A stretch of 64,000 nt of DNA from Vicugna vicugna (Eukaryota): positions 1,387,523 through 1,451,522 of the forward strand of contig MU058463.1 in assembly GCA_013265495.1 (NCBI GenBank), read 5' to 3'. Positions 1 to 11,925 of this stretch are shown one piece after another. Both the position numbers and the translations under genes were made by a program. How positions within the stretch are numbered: position 1 is the first letter of the stretch; every line of letters begins with the position of its first letter. Below the pieces are notes generated by a model. That model was not told where the DNA came from. It was given only the letters and a program-made list of their open reading frames with translations, and ran no database searches.

Positions 1-1659
1 TGTGTGATTGAGTAACAGCTGTCAGTAATTCGATGCAGCAAAGATTGTAATGAAACCTCAAGTCATGAAAAATTTACCTGATTTTTGCTTCACTACAAAG
101 ACCCAAAGTCAATCTAGGTTATTGAAACATCTGGCTTAACTTCTGAGTTTCTGCTACCCTGAAAGCCCCACCTGTAATAGTTGTTTCTGTAAGGGTAGAC
201 CACTTGATTTTTTTGTTCATGAATTTGTGGATTAGAGTTGCCTTTCTCCAAAGTGACAGAATGTTACGTTAATATACTTTATCTTGAGATATTTGCACTT
301 CTCTGAAATATAGATCCAGATGATTAAAAATTTTTCCAGGAATGAGTCTGTGTAAATGAAGTGGCATATGAGTTTTCAAGGGTTTTTAAAATATGTATTA
401 AATAGGACTTCATTTTTAAACCTATTGCAATTAAGACAAAATCTTCTTTTCTCTAATGAAGAGGAGATCTTAACTAACAGTTTAAAACCTGTTAAAATTT
501 GCTCAAATAAGAGATTAACTTTAGGGAGTATAATGAAATGGAAAGTCAATTAAATGAAAAGTCAAGACACCCAAATTCTTCATGAATGCCCAGACAATAC
601 TTTTTTGTATTTCTGCTTCATTTCTTTTTTTTGAAGGAAGATTACTATTGTGAGAGAATCAGAGATATCAAAACACTACAAAGCTTTCTGAAATCAGGTA
701 AATAATATTGGCCCCAGCTTAGAAATTAAAAGTTCCAAAGTAAGGAAATAAAGAGAATATTAAAACCCATATGGTCCAAACCATTAAATAACATAATAGA
801 ATCACTGTGCATCAAATGAAATAAGTATAGCTACCTTACATTTTGTTAAATCTCATTATTACACTTTTCAGCTGATTCATCTTAGTAATTATTTCGTAAG
901 CAACTAAACATGTGTATTCACATCGACTCTCATGTCTTTTGGTTTCTGGAACAGGAACATCTCAACAATTATTTTTATGGTGAGGATTAGCATCCAGATG
1001 TGTTTTCACAACTTAACAGTCTTTCCGCCTCAGCATTGGAATTATCAAGATAACAGAAGCTTACAAAGTCCAAAGGACTTTTTATAAGTGATGTAAAAAT
1101 AATTGTCAATAAACTATCAACATGCAAGTAGGTTCTTTTGTCTTATATGGTGGGAAAAACATGTTTTGGGGCTTTTAAAGAAAGACTCAGAACTGTGGTC
1201 TGAAGAGGATGCTAAAATAAGCAGAAATGGAGATAGGCAGCTGGCAAAAGATTATACACACAAAGTATGGCTTAAATTTAATACAATCAGATATAGTTCT
1301 TCATCCTCAAGGACTACAATTTTACAGTTGAACAGTGGAACCTATTTCTTATAACAGTAAACCAGTAGATTGGATAAGAATAGGTTTAACTGTCATGCAG
1401 TGCTGTCTCATTTAGTTATAAACTCATGAATTAGTACATTATTAGTAAAATAAGTTAAAGAAAATCAGCCTTCAGGTAGTTGATAAAGATAATAGCAGGT
1501 CCTCTTTTATATGGTCTATTTTATCATTAAAGAATTCAAACATACTGAAAAGTGTTAAGAAAAATATAGATTTTTTTTATAAACCCACCTGTGTTCAAGA
1601 CACCTTCACATTTTGCCCTATTTGTTTTGAATCTATTATAATCTTTTAATTGTTTATCC

Positions 1660-1892
1660 CTCCTTGGTTTTACTTCCTTCCATCTCTCCTCTGAGGTATT
1701 CACTAATCTGAGTGTAATGATTTTCAATCTGATGAAAACTTTTTATACTTTTACTATATGTTTATGTATCCATAAACAAAACTGAGTTTTGTTTTGAATA
1801 TTTTTAAACATATAGAGTAGTATCATATTATGTATGTTATTTTCCATTTTGCTTTTGTCACTAAAAATTGTACCTCTAAAATTTGTCCATAT
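1660..1892 (-). mobile_element. Ancient L1 (L1ME-like) 3' region fragment
   Basis: T-rich antisense L1 3'UTR-like text (gtatcatattatgtatgttattttccattttgcttttgtcact...tttgtccatatt); recognised from memory of consensus; highly diverged. Confidence 0.5.
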
Positions 1893-2012
1893 TAATTTCC
1901 TCCTTAAAGGGCCTGTCTCCAAATGCAGTCACAATCTGAGGTACTGAGGGTTAGAGCTTCAGCATATAAATTTGGAGGGGAGGTTGGATGGCAGCACAAT
2001 TTAGCCAATAAT
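1893..2012 (-). mobile_element. MaLR LTR fragment (MLT1A/B/C-like)
   Basis: ctgtctccaaatgcagtcacaatctgaggtactgagggttagagcttcagcatataaatttggaggg...cacaatttagccaataata matches the reverse-strand MLT1 5' end. Confidence 0.75.
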
Positions 2013-2484
2013 AGAGGACGTTCATATTTTGCATTCTTGAGTGACATTGGACAGTTTACTTCTTTCAAAGGATTTATCTACTTGCAAAATTTATTGGCTT
2101 ACAATTGTTCATAATGTTCCCTTAATATTTTCTTATTATCTGTAGAGTTTCTAGCTACATGACCTCTTATATTTCTGTCATTGCTAATGCGTTTCTCCTT
2201 TGTTCTCGAACACTATGAGTACATATTTATCAACTGCATTGATTTATTCAGAGAACCAGAATTATTAAGAACCATTTACTTTTCAGAGTTTTAAAAATTG
2301 ATCTCTACTCTTATTTTTATTTCTTCCTGATTTCTGCAACATTATGATTAATTTACTCTTATTTTTCTTGTCTCTTACCCAAATATTTACCTTTTATGGA
2401 GCCCATCATACTTTTTTGTAGCTCCATATTTTTATGTGGTATCATTTTATTTGTCTACTGAATTTATGTATATATGCATGTGTG

Positions 2485-2515
<31 letters not shown>

Positions 2516-3240
2516 ATATATACAGTATACACAGTAATACAGGCCTGCTGATGATAGACTTTCTCCCTTTTGGTGGTCTGGAAATCTTTGTTTCACCCTC
2601 AGTTTTGAAAGATGCTTTGACTAGGTATATAATTCTAGATTGATGGTTTTTCTCCTTTTCAATATTTCAAAGATATTGTTCCATTGCCTTCTGGTTTGCA
2701 TAGATTTTTCATGAGCAAGTGAGGCAGTGACTTCTGAGGACACTACCTTGTGCCCAAGTGTTATGAAGGGAATTGTTTGACCTATTGTTTTTAGCATTTT
2801 GGTTGCCCCTTGCTCCCACCCCATGGCCTTGAATAGTTCTCTCATAACTGTAGATCAATACTAACCCCAAAATGCAAGAGGCCCTTTCGGAAGATCTTCA
2901 GTGACTTGTCAATATAGTTCCTTTCCCTACATTATGCTGTTCCTGCAAGTTCTAGCTTACTGATCTCCACACACTCTGAACTTTACCTCCATGAGATAGC
3001 CAGGCTCTGTCTGATTTTCCCCTACCATCACTGCATTCTGAAAACTGTCCAGTGCTGTGGGGCATCCGTGGTGGTCCCCTGTGTTGCTAATTTTCCTTCT
3101 TTCAAGGATCACCGCCTTTTGCTGCTTATTATCCAAAGTCTGCAAACCAACGTGTCATGGTTTTTGTTCTCTTTTTTAATTCTTAAAAGAGAAAATTAAA
3201 CCCAGTACCTGTTACTACATCACAGTCAGGAGTATAAACC
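2013..3240 (-). mobile_element. Degraded L1M fragments including ORF1 C-terminal remnant and 5'UTR-like sequence
   Basis: Minus-strand ORF 2621-2845 ends in QTRRQWNNIFEILKRRKTINLELYT, resembling L1 ORF1p 'QARREW..IF..LKEKN.QPRI.YP'; flanks are typical antisense L1M sequence. Confidence 0.65.
2467..2522. repeat. (TA)n/(TG)n compound microsatellite
   Basis: Directly visible alternating purine-pyrimidine tract. Confidence 0.9.
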
Positions 3241-3660
3241 TCTGGATGTACTTATTTTAAACCTTCCCCTGCTGCCCAGTTTGTTCTACCCTTTAAATTT
3301 CATCCAGCTGATAAACAGTTTTCTTAGCATCATATTTTTTCACATGTTTTTGAAATTTGTTTTGTAGTCTTATTTGGAGAGGTGGAGAATTTTTGTTCTT
3401 ATTTATCTTGTTTTGGTTTTTGTTTCTACTCATTTTTCTGCCTTGAGGTTTTGCAGCCACCTCCACTTGGCCCCAGGGCCCCTTACAGGGAGGCAACTCT
3501 CAGAACATCCATTTCAGATACCGTTAGTGACATTATAGCTTCAGTCAAAGGGGCAGTAGGAGAATTAAGTCACTCTAATCACAAGTTTGTATCTGTGACC
3601 TCTGACCTCCTTGGGTCAGCAGTTTTTTGTAAGGCAGAGTACATTTTTTTCTACTGACTG

Positions 3661-3918
3661 TTTTTGTGGTAAAATATAAATAGCATATTTACCATTTGAA
3701 CCATTTTGAGTGTATAATTCAGTGTGATTAAGTACATTCACAGTGTTTTACAACCATCGATACTATTTATTTCCAGAACTTTTGCATCTCCCCAAACAGA
3801 AGCTCTGCACCCATTAAACTATAATTCTCCATCCCTTCCCCAGCCTCCAAGAACTACTTTCTATCTCTATGAATTTGCCTGCTCTAAGGACCTCTTACAG
3901 GTAGAATCATATAATATT
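3661..3918 (-). mobile_element. L1MB-like 3' end fragment
   Basis: tttttgtggtaaaatata...aagtacattcacagtgttttacaaccatc...gtagaatcatataatatt is a typical antisense L1MB 3'UTR. Confidence 0.8.
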
Positions 3919-4028
3919 CCACAAAAGTCAGGCTCTCTTTTCAAAGTTTAGCAAGTGTTACTTATTGTTTGAAACAGAGTATACCTAATCTAGACATTTT
4001 ACTGTTTTGACTATTTATCATTAGGAAT

Positions 4029-4476
4029 TTTAGTAGGGTGAGTAATGGCCCCCAAAGATATTAGGTCCTAATCCCTCGAATCTTTAAGGATCTTGAGATG
4101 GAGATATTATTCTGGATTATTGGGTGGGCCATAAATGCAAGCACAAGTGTCCTCGTAAGAGACAGGCAAGAGGATATTTCACAGACAAAAGATGTGAAGG
4201 CAGAACAGAGAGAGATTAGCAATTGGTGGCTTTGAAGATTGGAATGAGGTGGGCACAAGCCAAGAAATGACCGCAGCCCAGAAGCTGGAAGAGGCAAAGA
4301 ACAGTCTCTCACCTGGATCCTCCAGAGGAAGCATGGCCCTGCCAACACCTTGACTTCTGTCCACTGGTACTGAGGTCAGAATTTTGGACTCCAGAATTGT
4401 GAGATACTACATTTCTATTGTGTTAAGTCACTACATTTGTGGTAATTTGTTACAGGAGCCACAGGAAACTAGAACA
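4029..4476 (+). mobile_element. MaLR solo LTR (MLT1C/D-like)
   Basis: Starts ...taatggcccccaaagat...; ends ttgtggtaatttgttacaggagccacaggaaactagaaca (canonical MLT1 3' end). Confidence 0.85.
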
Positions 4477-4699
4477 GTGTTCTTATTTTTTGCACTAAAA
4501 GCCATACAAATGCATACATTTTAATATATTGAATACAAATGCATACATATTTAAATATTGAATATTATTCACAATTCCATTTGGATCTATGGCATACAGA
4601 AATAGTCAATAATTCTTGTGAATTATGTGACTCTTTATGCTGAAAGAAGAATTAATTTGAGAAATACAGGGTTCGCTCATAGCTTCTCCTTCTTCCTCA

Positions 4700-5335
4700 C
4701 CACCCACATTACCAAGCACTTGTGAATTTATGCTTTAAGGAGATCTCAACTATGTCAAATTCTATACACATCTGTTATCATTGTAAACCACTGCATTAAC
4801 CCAGAAATCCACCCTTATTATTTCCCTAGAGCAACAGTCTACTAACTGGCCTCCTACCTTCCAACCTCACCATTCTTATGTCTACCCTCTACCCCCAGTG
4901 GGAGTAGACTTTCTAAAAGTGTGCATCTAATCACATATTACTTCTAATTAAAATTCTTGGCTTCCTCCTTTAGCTTTCTGGTCAAAATTCAAGTGCTTTA
5001 ATTTAACTCACAAGGCCTTTGTGATTAGGACTGTGCCTAACACTCTGGTTTAATATCCTGTTACTCTCCTCCCTGAACACTCTGTTCCAATTCTACTTTT
5101 ATCGCCAGCCTACATGATTTAACTGCCCCTGTTCTGTGCTCACCTAGGAGCCTACAAATGCCTTTAGTATAGCTATTATCACACTATATTGTAAAAATGA
5201 ATCCACCTGTCTTACTTGGTTTAATAATAAAGTTTCCTTAAGATAAGAGTCACATGATTATTCTGCCAAGTATGCTCATAAAAAGTGTAACACTTGCTTC
5301 AGTTATGACTAGTTAATGAATGTTTTTGAATGAAA
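4700..5335 (+). mobile_element. L2 LINE fragments
   Basis: Pyrimidine-rich L2 3'-region motifs (actaactggcctcctacc, ctttctaaaagtg, cacaaggcctttgtgat) ending in an aatgaatg-like terminus. Confidence 0.55.
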
Positions 5336-5490
5336 AGATCTGTATTAAAGCCAAAATTTCTAAAAATGTACAGATTTCTTCTAAATGAAGAAAAAGTTTT
5401 TGGTTAAGAACTACAACAAACACTAAGTAAACTTATGACTTTGAATAGAACAAGAGTAAGCATTAAAAATCATTTTAAAATGAGAGGACA

Positions 5491-5602
5491 TACCCCCAAA
5501 ATAAAAAAAAAATATTAAATTAAATTAAGATAATAACACAACACTGTAAGTCAACTATACTTCGATAAAAAATAAAAATTAAAAAGGAATAATGATAAAT
5601 AT
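5491..5602 (+). mobile_element. Severely 5'-truncated L1 3' terminus with A-rich tail, flanked by 11-bp TSD
   Basis: aacacaacactgtaagtcaactatacttcgataaaa matches the L1 3' ends at ~37900 and ~63650 (reverse complement); direct repeat atgagaggaca at 5480-5490 and 5603-5613. Confidence 0.7.
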
Positions 5603-6780
5603 ATGAGAGGACACATATGTTGTGTTCAGTTACTGTTTTACATCTCTGTCTTTAAAGGGAGAGTATAACTGGTTATATAAAATGAATGTGTGTAAAATTC
5701 ATGCAAATTTACATAAAATGAATATAAACTGCTAAGCATTTATTTGAGTTGTACATTCCTTAATAATAACCTATTTTTCTTCCATAATGGAGTGATCAAT
5801 TTAGATTCTTTTTGAAAAGATAAAAAACTTAATTTTTTTCCCTTTGGATTTTTTTGATGTTCCTAGCTCATTTCTCCTTTTCCTACTAATACCATCGATA
5901 TATTGCCAAGATTTATTATGGCAACTAATGAAGTTTTAAATATAAGACATTCAGTCCAATGTTAATAAATAATTCAAGAATTAAATGCCTCTGAGAACAG
6001 GGTTATCTTTATTATTCAAAAAGAGTTTGTTTTATGGATGTTTTATTTCCTCACGTGAAAAAACACTGGTAAAAAGAAAAGAGATACATTGTAGAAACTA
6101 GTTTTTTCTAAGTTGTATTTCAGTGCTTTAAAAGAAATATATACAGGAACAGATGTTACTGCCATGTCAAGATACTAAATAGCAGACCCAGTTGGCCCTA
6201 ATTATTGATAGCTTTCCACAGCGCTAGCCTTGGCTTCTACAAAAGCGGTAGCAGAACTGACAGCAGGAACACACATGATTTATTCATTAAGAATGATCTA
6301 TAGCTTCCTGCAGGTTAAGCTCCAGGCACTCACACTGTACACTGCCATGTCATTCAGCAAGAACCAGCCTGAGACAGGAAGCACTTTAACATGTTTACAG
6401 AAATACCTTTTAAAACAGACTTAACTATCAGACAACCCCCTTGTAAAGCTTTCGCTCTAAGAAACTTGGGTAAAAGATTATCACTCCACACTCACGAAAA
6501 TCAATTTTGCAGACTGACAGTTGTTCCAGACTGATGTTGGATTTCCTTTTCTCATTGAATTGAATTTCCTTTAGACTGTGAATATACTAACATGCCCCAG
6601 GTGCTTTTTCCTCTTACTAGTGATTTAAAAAAGAAAAAGCCATTAAATGGCCTCCTTATATTTTATCAAGTATTCTATGTATACAGCGAAGAAGACTCTG
6701 ATTGATAGTTATTTAAGAAACCAGCAATTGGTGAAAGGCAAGCCTGCCAAGTTTTGTACATAAGCTAATAAAGATAACAT

Positions 6781-7030
6781 TAATAATAATACTTAATAAC
6801 ACTTGTTGAGGACATAGTACGTGTCGGGCATCGGCTCAGCACTTTACATGCATTATCCCACTTCATCCTCAACTGAAATTCGTGATATTTATTATCTCCA
6901 TGTTACCAACGTTCCTGCTGAGGCGATGATGTTTTAAGTGTCCTGCCCAAAGTGACACAGAAGTTCCTGGAGTGGTAATTAGGCAGCAAACCATCAAGAG
7001 TCCAAGACCTGATTTCTCAACCACAATATT
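6781..7030 (-). mobile_element. MIR SINE
   Basis: agcactttacatgcattatcccacttcatcctcaac...tcctgcccaaagtgacacag is the antisense MIR core. Confidence 0.75.
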
Positions 7031-8768
7031 CAACTGCATTTTTGATATTTAGTGTTCCGCCCCTTCAGGAGTCAATAACACATGAATTCAGCCGCTGAAC
7101 GACTGAGATCATTTCAGTGTGAACGATTTCCAAATTTGTCTCCCAATTTTAGCCCCTTCCCAAGCCGCTGTCTGTATTTCCCAGTGCCTACCAACTGCTC
7201 TGACAGCACCACGCCCTTTTATACTAATGCTGCCACTGTCTTCGTTTCCTCTCATGTGTTTCAGCTTTTCTTCAAACAAACTCAGACTCCTAACAAAACC
7301 TATGATTGATCTTCCTCAAACCTCAAATTTAATTTTCTCCTTTGTTTAAACAGCTACCATCTACAGCAAAGGTGGAGACGTGGCTGTCAGAAGTGGCAGG
7401 AGACAGCTCTGGCAGTGGCAGGGGAAGCAGCATTGTGGGGCTCCCTCCGGTTCGCCTTGTCTGCTGTCATTCGCTTTTGTGCTTCACCTCCCATTTCCCA
7501 GCACATCCCTAGGATGCTTTGCCCTGGTGTACCATGCACTTCTTCCTTCTTCACTGTAAACAGATGCTCTTGGGGAGAGATTTGAAAGCAAATACATAAA
7601 TGAACAAACCACAGTATTTGAACTGGAGGAAAGGACTGAGACTATAGCTCTAATGATGGAATTTCATTTATCGCAATGCCAACTGGTAGAGGTTTCGCTG
7701 AGCAGCAGGACCTCTGCTTAGCTTTTATACTCATAACGTGTGGATGGATATTTTCCCATTAGCACGTTCTCAAGAGGAGACTGAAGCAGCAGGGACGAGA
7801 TCCAGATGTCAGAGTTCTCCAAGAGATGCCGTACACTGTGATGATGGCTGTCATCTGAACGATGACTGAAAGAGCCCCGGCATATTAAGTGATATTCCTT
7901 TGAGTATCTCCAAGTGGATGAACAGATTTTAAGTAGTTGGAGAAGAAAGAAATGAAATAAAAACAAATTCGATTTCCAATGTATGTTCACAACAGAAACA
8001 ACAAAAATCATTGAGCAGCAGGAATTTTAAAACAGCTGGGACTATAAATGCACACGGCCTGCTCATCTTAGAAGTCTGCCACTGTAATACCTCAGGTCCT
8101 CCATACTGCTCAAGAAATTCTCCCAAGTAAGCAGATTTGTCTGACTTAAGTTATGGTTGTCAGCTCACCTAAGGATTTAGTGCTTCTCAATAATCTTTTA
8201 TTTCCTTTAAGCAGTTTTCTTTCCTACTTCCTTAAATATTACTTCAAATGTTGAAAATTTCCTACACATCTCCTATTCAAATATCTTCCTTTTCTCTACC
8301 AAGAGAAAATTGTCTGGGAGAAAACTTAGGTGATCAGTGTTTGAACTATTTCAAATTTTACCCCGACTTAATAAATGTATCTACACTTCTATCTGTTGTA
8401 GTTCTTCTTTTACAATCTTAAAAAATGAGTTGTCCTTTTTCTTGTTTAAAATCGACCTGTCCACCTGTGTAATTCGTCTTAAACTTTTCCATCTGCTGCA
8501 TTATTTGGCTTCATTGGTTTTCTCCAGTCACTGCTGTGACTGCAGCCAGTTCTACTCGTGCTCTCCCTCTCTGAAATGTATAAATATAACAACATCTCCC
8601 TCACCCTTAAAAATATCCCCCTTGATACTTCATGTGTCTCTTGATTTACCTTTTTTTTTCAAACAAGCCTCTAGGAGGTGTGGGATTTGTCTGATGTCTC
8701 CATCTCAACAACCCTTATTTGGAGGTGACCTCCTATGTCATAATTATCCATTCCCCTGTGTATCTACT

Positions 8769-8965
8769 TGTTACGGACTGGATGTTTGTGGCCCTTCCAA
8801 AATCCATGTTAGAATCCTAGCCCCCAGTGTGATAGTATTTGGAGATGAGGCCTTTGAGAGGCCCATAATTAGGTTTAAATTAGTCCATAAGGATGCATCC
8901 GTCATGATGGATTGCTGACTTTATAAGTCTATAAGTAGAGGAAGAGAAGGAGATCTCATTCTTTC

Positions 8966-9000
<35 letters not shown>

Positions 9001-9211
9001 GTCTCCTCCTGCGTGTAGGCACGCATGGAGCAAAGACCATGTAAGGAGGACCCAGTGAAAGTCATTTGCAAGCCAAGAAGAGAACTATCCCTTGTGATAA
9101 GCCACGCTGGTACCCTGCTCTTGGACATCTAGCTTCCAGAAAATCAATGTCTGTCATTTAAGTCACTCAGTCTACAGTGTTTTGTTATGATAGCGCAAGC
9201 TGACCAGGACC
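8769..9211 (+). mobile_element. MaLR solo LTR (MLT1A-like) with internal (CT)n
   Basis: Starts tgttacggactggatgtttgtggccc...; ends gttttgttatgatagcgcaagctgaccaggac; near-perfect 5-bp TSD ctact (8764-8768) / ctatt (9212-9216). Confidence 0.85.
8961..9003. repeat. (CT)n microsatellite
   Basis: Directly visible; source of the ERERER ORF on the minus strand. Confidence 0.95.
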
Positions 9212-9224
9212 CTATTTCATTAAA

Positions 9225-9348
9225 TAGAGAATGAAGGAAGGGATTTAGACTTTGTTTCTCAGCATCTAACAAGGTAACTGGCATACAGCAGGTGGCAAAC
9301 ATTTGTCTGCAGAAAAAATAAATGAATACATGAATAATGGATGAATAC
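9225..9348 (+). mobile_element. L2 3' end
   Basis: cagcatctaacaaggtaactggcatacagcaggtggcaaacatttg...aaatgaatacatgaat. Confidence 0.6.
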
Positions 9349-9997
9349 AAGGTGCTAGATAATTTTTGTAGAGTTAATTGAACAAATAAATTTCATACAA
9401 AGAGCACTTAGCCTTACATTGAGTCATTAACGGAGTTTTACAATAAGCCATAATTTTGTTTTATTTGAATAAATATAGTATTTCCATCCTACTTCAGGGA
9501 GTGTATATGTAACAAAATCTGCAGACAGAACTAAATGATCAAGTGAATGATAATAACAGATTCATCTGTTCAATGAATATTTGTGTGCCAGGAACTGGAA
9601 AAACAGTAGTGAACAGACAAAATCTCTCCCCTCATACTGAAAGCCTTTTATCCATTCTCCCCAGGATTCTGTTAACTTTGTTCTTCTTCCTTTCACTGTT
9701 TCAGGCCCTCAAATATGGATGATAGTCTGATAGCCAAGTGAGACGTTCACAGGGCCAGGATGCAGAGTATCTAGAGTTTCTTCATCTTAGGGATTAGGAA
9801 CATTTTTTTTCTTCCCAGTCCTATACTCAGCAGATCTTCTGCCTTCCCTGGTTCCAAATGAATAATTAACCTGGTAGGTGGGTCTAGGCAGAGTCTACCT
9901 GGGCGGGCATGGCCATCGTCCCTTGCCCAGTGGTACTCATTTTCTCTCAATTTCTCTTCTGGCTGGCTGGCCAGTTAATCCACAAAGGGTTAATCAG

Positions 9998-10471
9998 TTT
10001 TATAAATTGAGTTGTGGTCCCCTCCCCCCCAAAATATGTTGAAATTCTAACCCCAAGTACCTCAGAATATAACCTTATTTAGAAGTAGGATCATTTAGAA
10101 TATAACCTTATTTAGAAGATATAATTAACTAAGTTAAAAATGAGGTTATACTGGATTAGAGTGATGTTCTAATCCAGTATGTCTGGTGACATTATAAGAA
10201 GATGGCCCTGTAAGGACAGGCTCACATGGAGTGTGTCATGTGATAACAGAAGCACAGAGTGGGGTTATGCAGCTCCAAACCAAGGAATGCCAATAATTGC
10301 TGGCCCTGGCCAGGAGCCGGGAGGAGGCAAGGGAGGGTTCCCCTACAGGCTGGAGAGGGACCAGCTTACTTTTATATTTCTAGTTTCCAGAACTGTGAGG
10401 CAATAAATTCCTATAGTTCCAACTATCCAGCTTGTGGTACTTCGTTATGGCAGCCCTAGGGAACGAATACA
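9998..10471 (+). mobile_element. MaLR solo LTR (MLT1B/C-like)
   Basis: aaatatgttgaaattctaaccccaagtacctcagaat...; ends gtggtacttcgttatggcagccctagggaacgaataca; perfect 5-bp TSD ATCAG at 9993-9997 and 10472-10476. Confidence 0.9.
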
Positions 10472-10681
10472 ATCAGCTTTACAGAACTTCCTAAATCTGA
10501 ACTGACTGAGGAAACCAAGTAGGGGGTCTCAATTGAGGGGGAGATGTTTCCAGAACTTACCCAACTATAATAAAATCCCACTACATTTACCAATCTTTGT
10601 GTGTATACTCCCTCCATGGGAACTGCAGAAAGAGCTAGGAGAGGAATTATTAAGGAGGAAAAGAGAATATGATGAGCCCCC

Positions 10682-10757
10682 ATATTAGTCAGGATTCTTC
10701 AAAGAAACAGAACCCACAGAATGAAAAAGTATATATATGATACAAGTATATTATATA
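10682..10757 (-). mobile_element. MLT2 (ERVL) LTR terminal fragment
   Basis: atattagtcaggattcttcaaagaaacagaacc followed by a TA-rich tract resembles the MLT2 terminus tgtattagtcagggttctccagagaaacagaacc. Confidence 0.6.
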
Positions 10758-10761
10758 GAGT

Positions 10762-11311
10762 TGTTACCACGAGAAAGGGAAAAAATGCCTTGGTTCTCTT
10801 ACCTGAGAGAAAGAATTCAAACAGGAGCCTGAAAGCATGGTATAAACAGAAAATTTTATTAGTAGGGCAAAAGTCAGTAAAAAAGAGTACAACTTCGAGA
10901 ATTGAAGGCAGGCCTACCCAAAAGAGGGAAAATGGCGCCGCTCTTTTGTTCCTCCTGCCTTGGGGGGTGTTCTCATGATTGATTGACAACTCACTTCTCT
11001 TGAGTGCTTAGGCATGTTCGTCTCCCTTGTGCATGCTCTTACCCAGGATGTGCACAGAGAAACCTAGGGGAGGGGGCCCAAACCGCAGGGTTACTTACAT
11101 GCTAATGAGCATTGGGTTACTCTGGTCCTTCTCTCTACTGCACAGCCACCCCATCTGATTTTAACCAGCTTCTTTGCAGTCCCTCATTTAGAGGAAGTAA
11201 AACTCTTCGAAGCCCTTTATCCTGAGCACTGGCATGCTATTATTTTCTGGGTTACTCCCTCCCCTTTCCTCTCCCCTCGCTGGGTTCTCATTTACACCTA
11301 ACTGCCTAACA
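10762..11311 (-). mobile_element. ERV1-type solo LTR (550 bp)
   Basis: Inverted termini TGTTA...TAACA; 4-bp TSD GAGT (10758-10761 and 11312-11315); AATAAA on the minus strand at ~10855-10860. Confidence 0.85.
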
Positions 11312-11384
11312 GAGTTAGTATCTCGTGTATACATGTTATTAACACAATAGGATTTAATAAAAAATTGATTAGTGAAAGGGTGGT

Positions 11385-11565
11385 AGAACCTTGCTTATAA
11401 CCCTCACCAGCTTTGAGACCTCAGATAAGTGGGTTACTCTCCTGCAACCTCAGTTCCCTGGAGAATATGGTAATTCCTGCCCCTCCAGCTCACAGTGTTG
11501 TTAGAATGAAATGAGATGAGGTACGTAGTGCTACTTTGTGAGCTCCAAGCACTGTGCAAGTTAGG
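11385..11565 (+). mobile_element. MIR/MIR3 SINE fragment
   Basis: ctttgagacctcagataagt...cctcagttccc...cacagtgttgttagaatgaaatgagatga. Confidence 0.65.
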
Positions 11566-11579
11566 AGCTCATCCAACTC

Positions 11580-11925
11580 ACAAGGCCCCGAGGTCTTCTA
11601 TACCCAGGCATTACTGGGGCAGCTGAAGAAAACCAGATGGTGACGGCGTGGTCTCTGAGCCCTAGGGATTCAGAAATGTAAGTGAGGAAATAGGTGCGCT
11701 GGGTTAGGAGCTACAAAGAGTTCAGCATGAGTAGGACTCAATGAGTACCTGGAAGTGTGATAGAAAATAAAATGATAAATGTAGTCAGGTTCCAGTCTGA
11801 GAAGGATCTTACCTATCCTGAGTGGGAGCTTAGATTGTTATACTAAAGAGAGCTATTAAAGTATTTGTAGCATAGAAAGGACATGGTCAGATTTATGTCT
11901 TCAGACACTCCCTTTGGCAGCAAAG
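11580..11925 (-). mobile_element. L2 fragments
   Basis: gagctattaaagtatttgtagcatagaaaggacatggtcagatttatgtctt is antisense L2-like. Confidence 0.5.

Noticed and set aside
7839..7870. C/D-box-like motifs (GTGATGA...CTGA)
   Set aside because: Spacing is far too short for a snoRNA and there is no terminal stem.
8337..8918. 193-aa ORF, the longest in the track
   Set aside because: Non-ATG start; overlaps probable L2 debris and runs into the MLT1A LTR; no recognisable domain.
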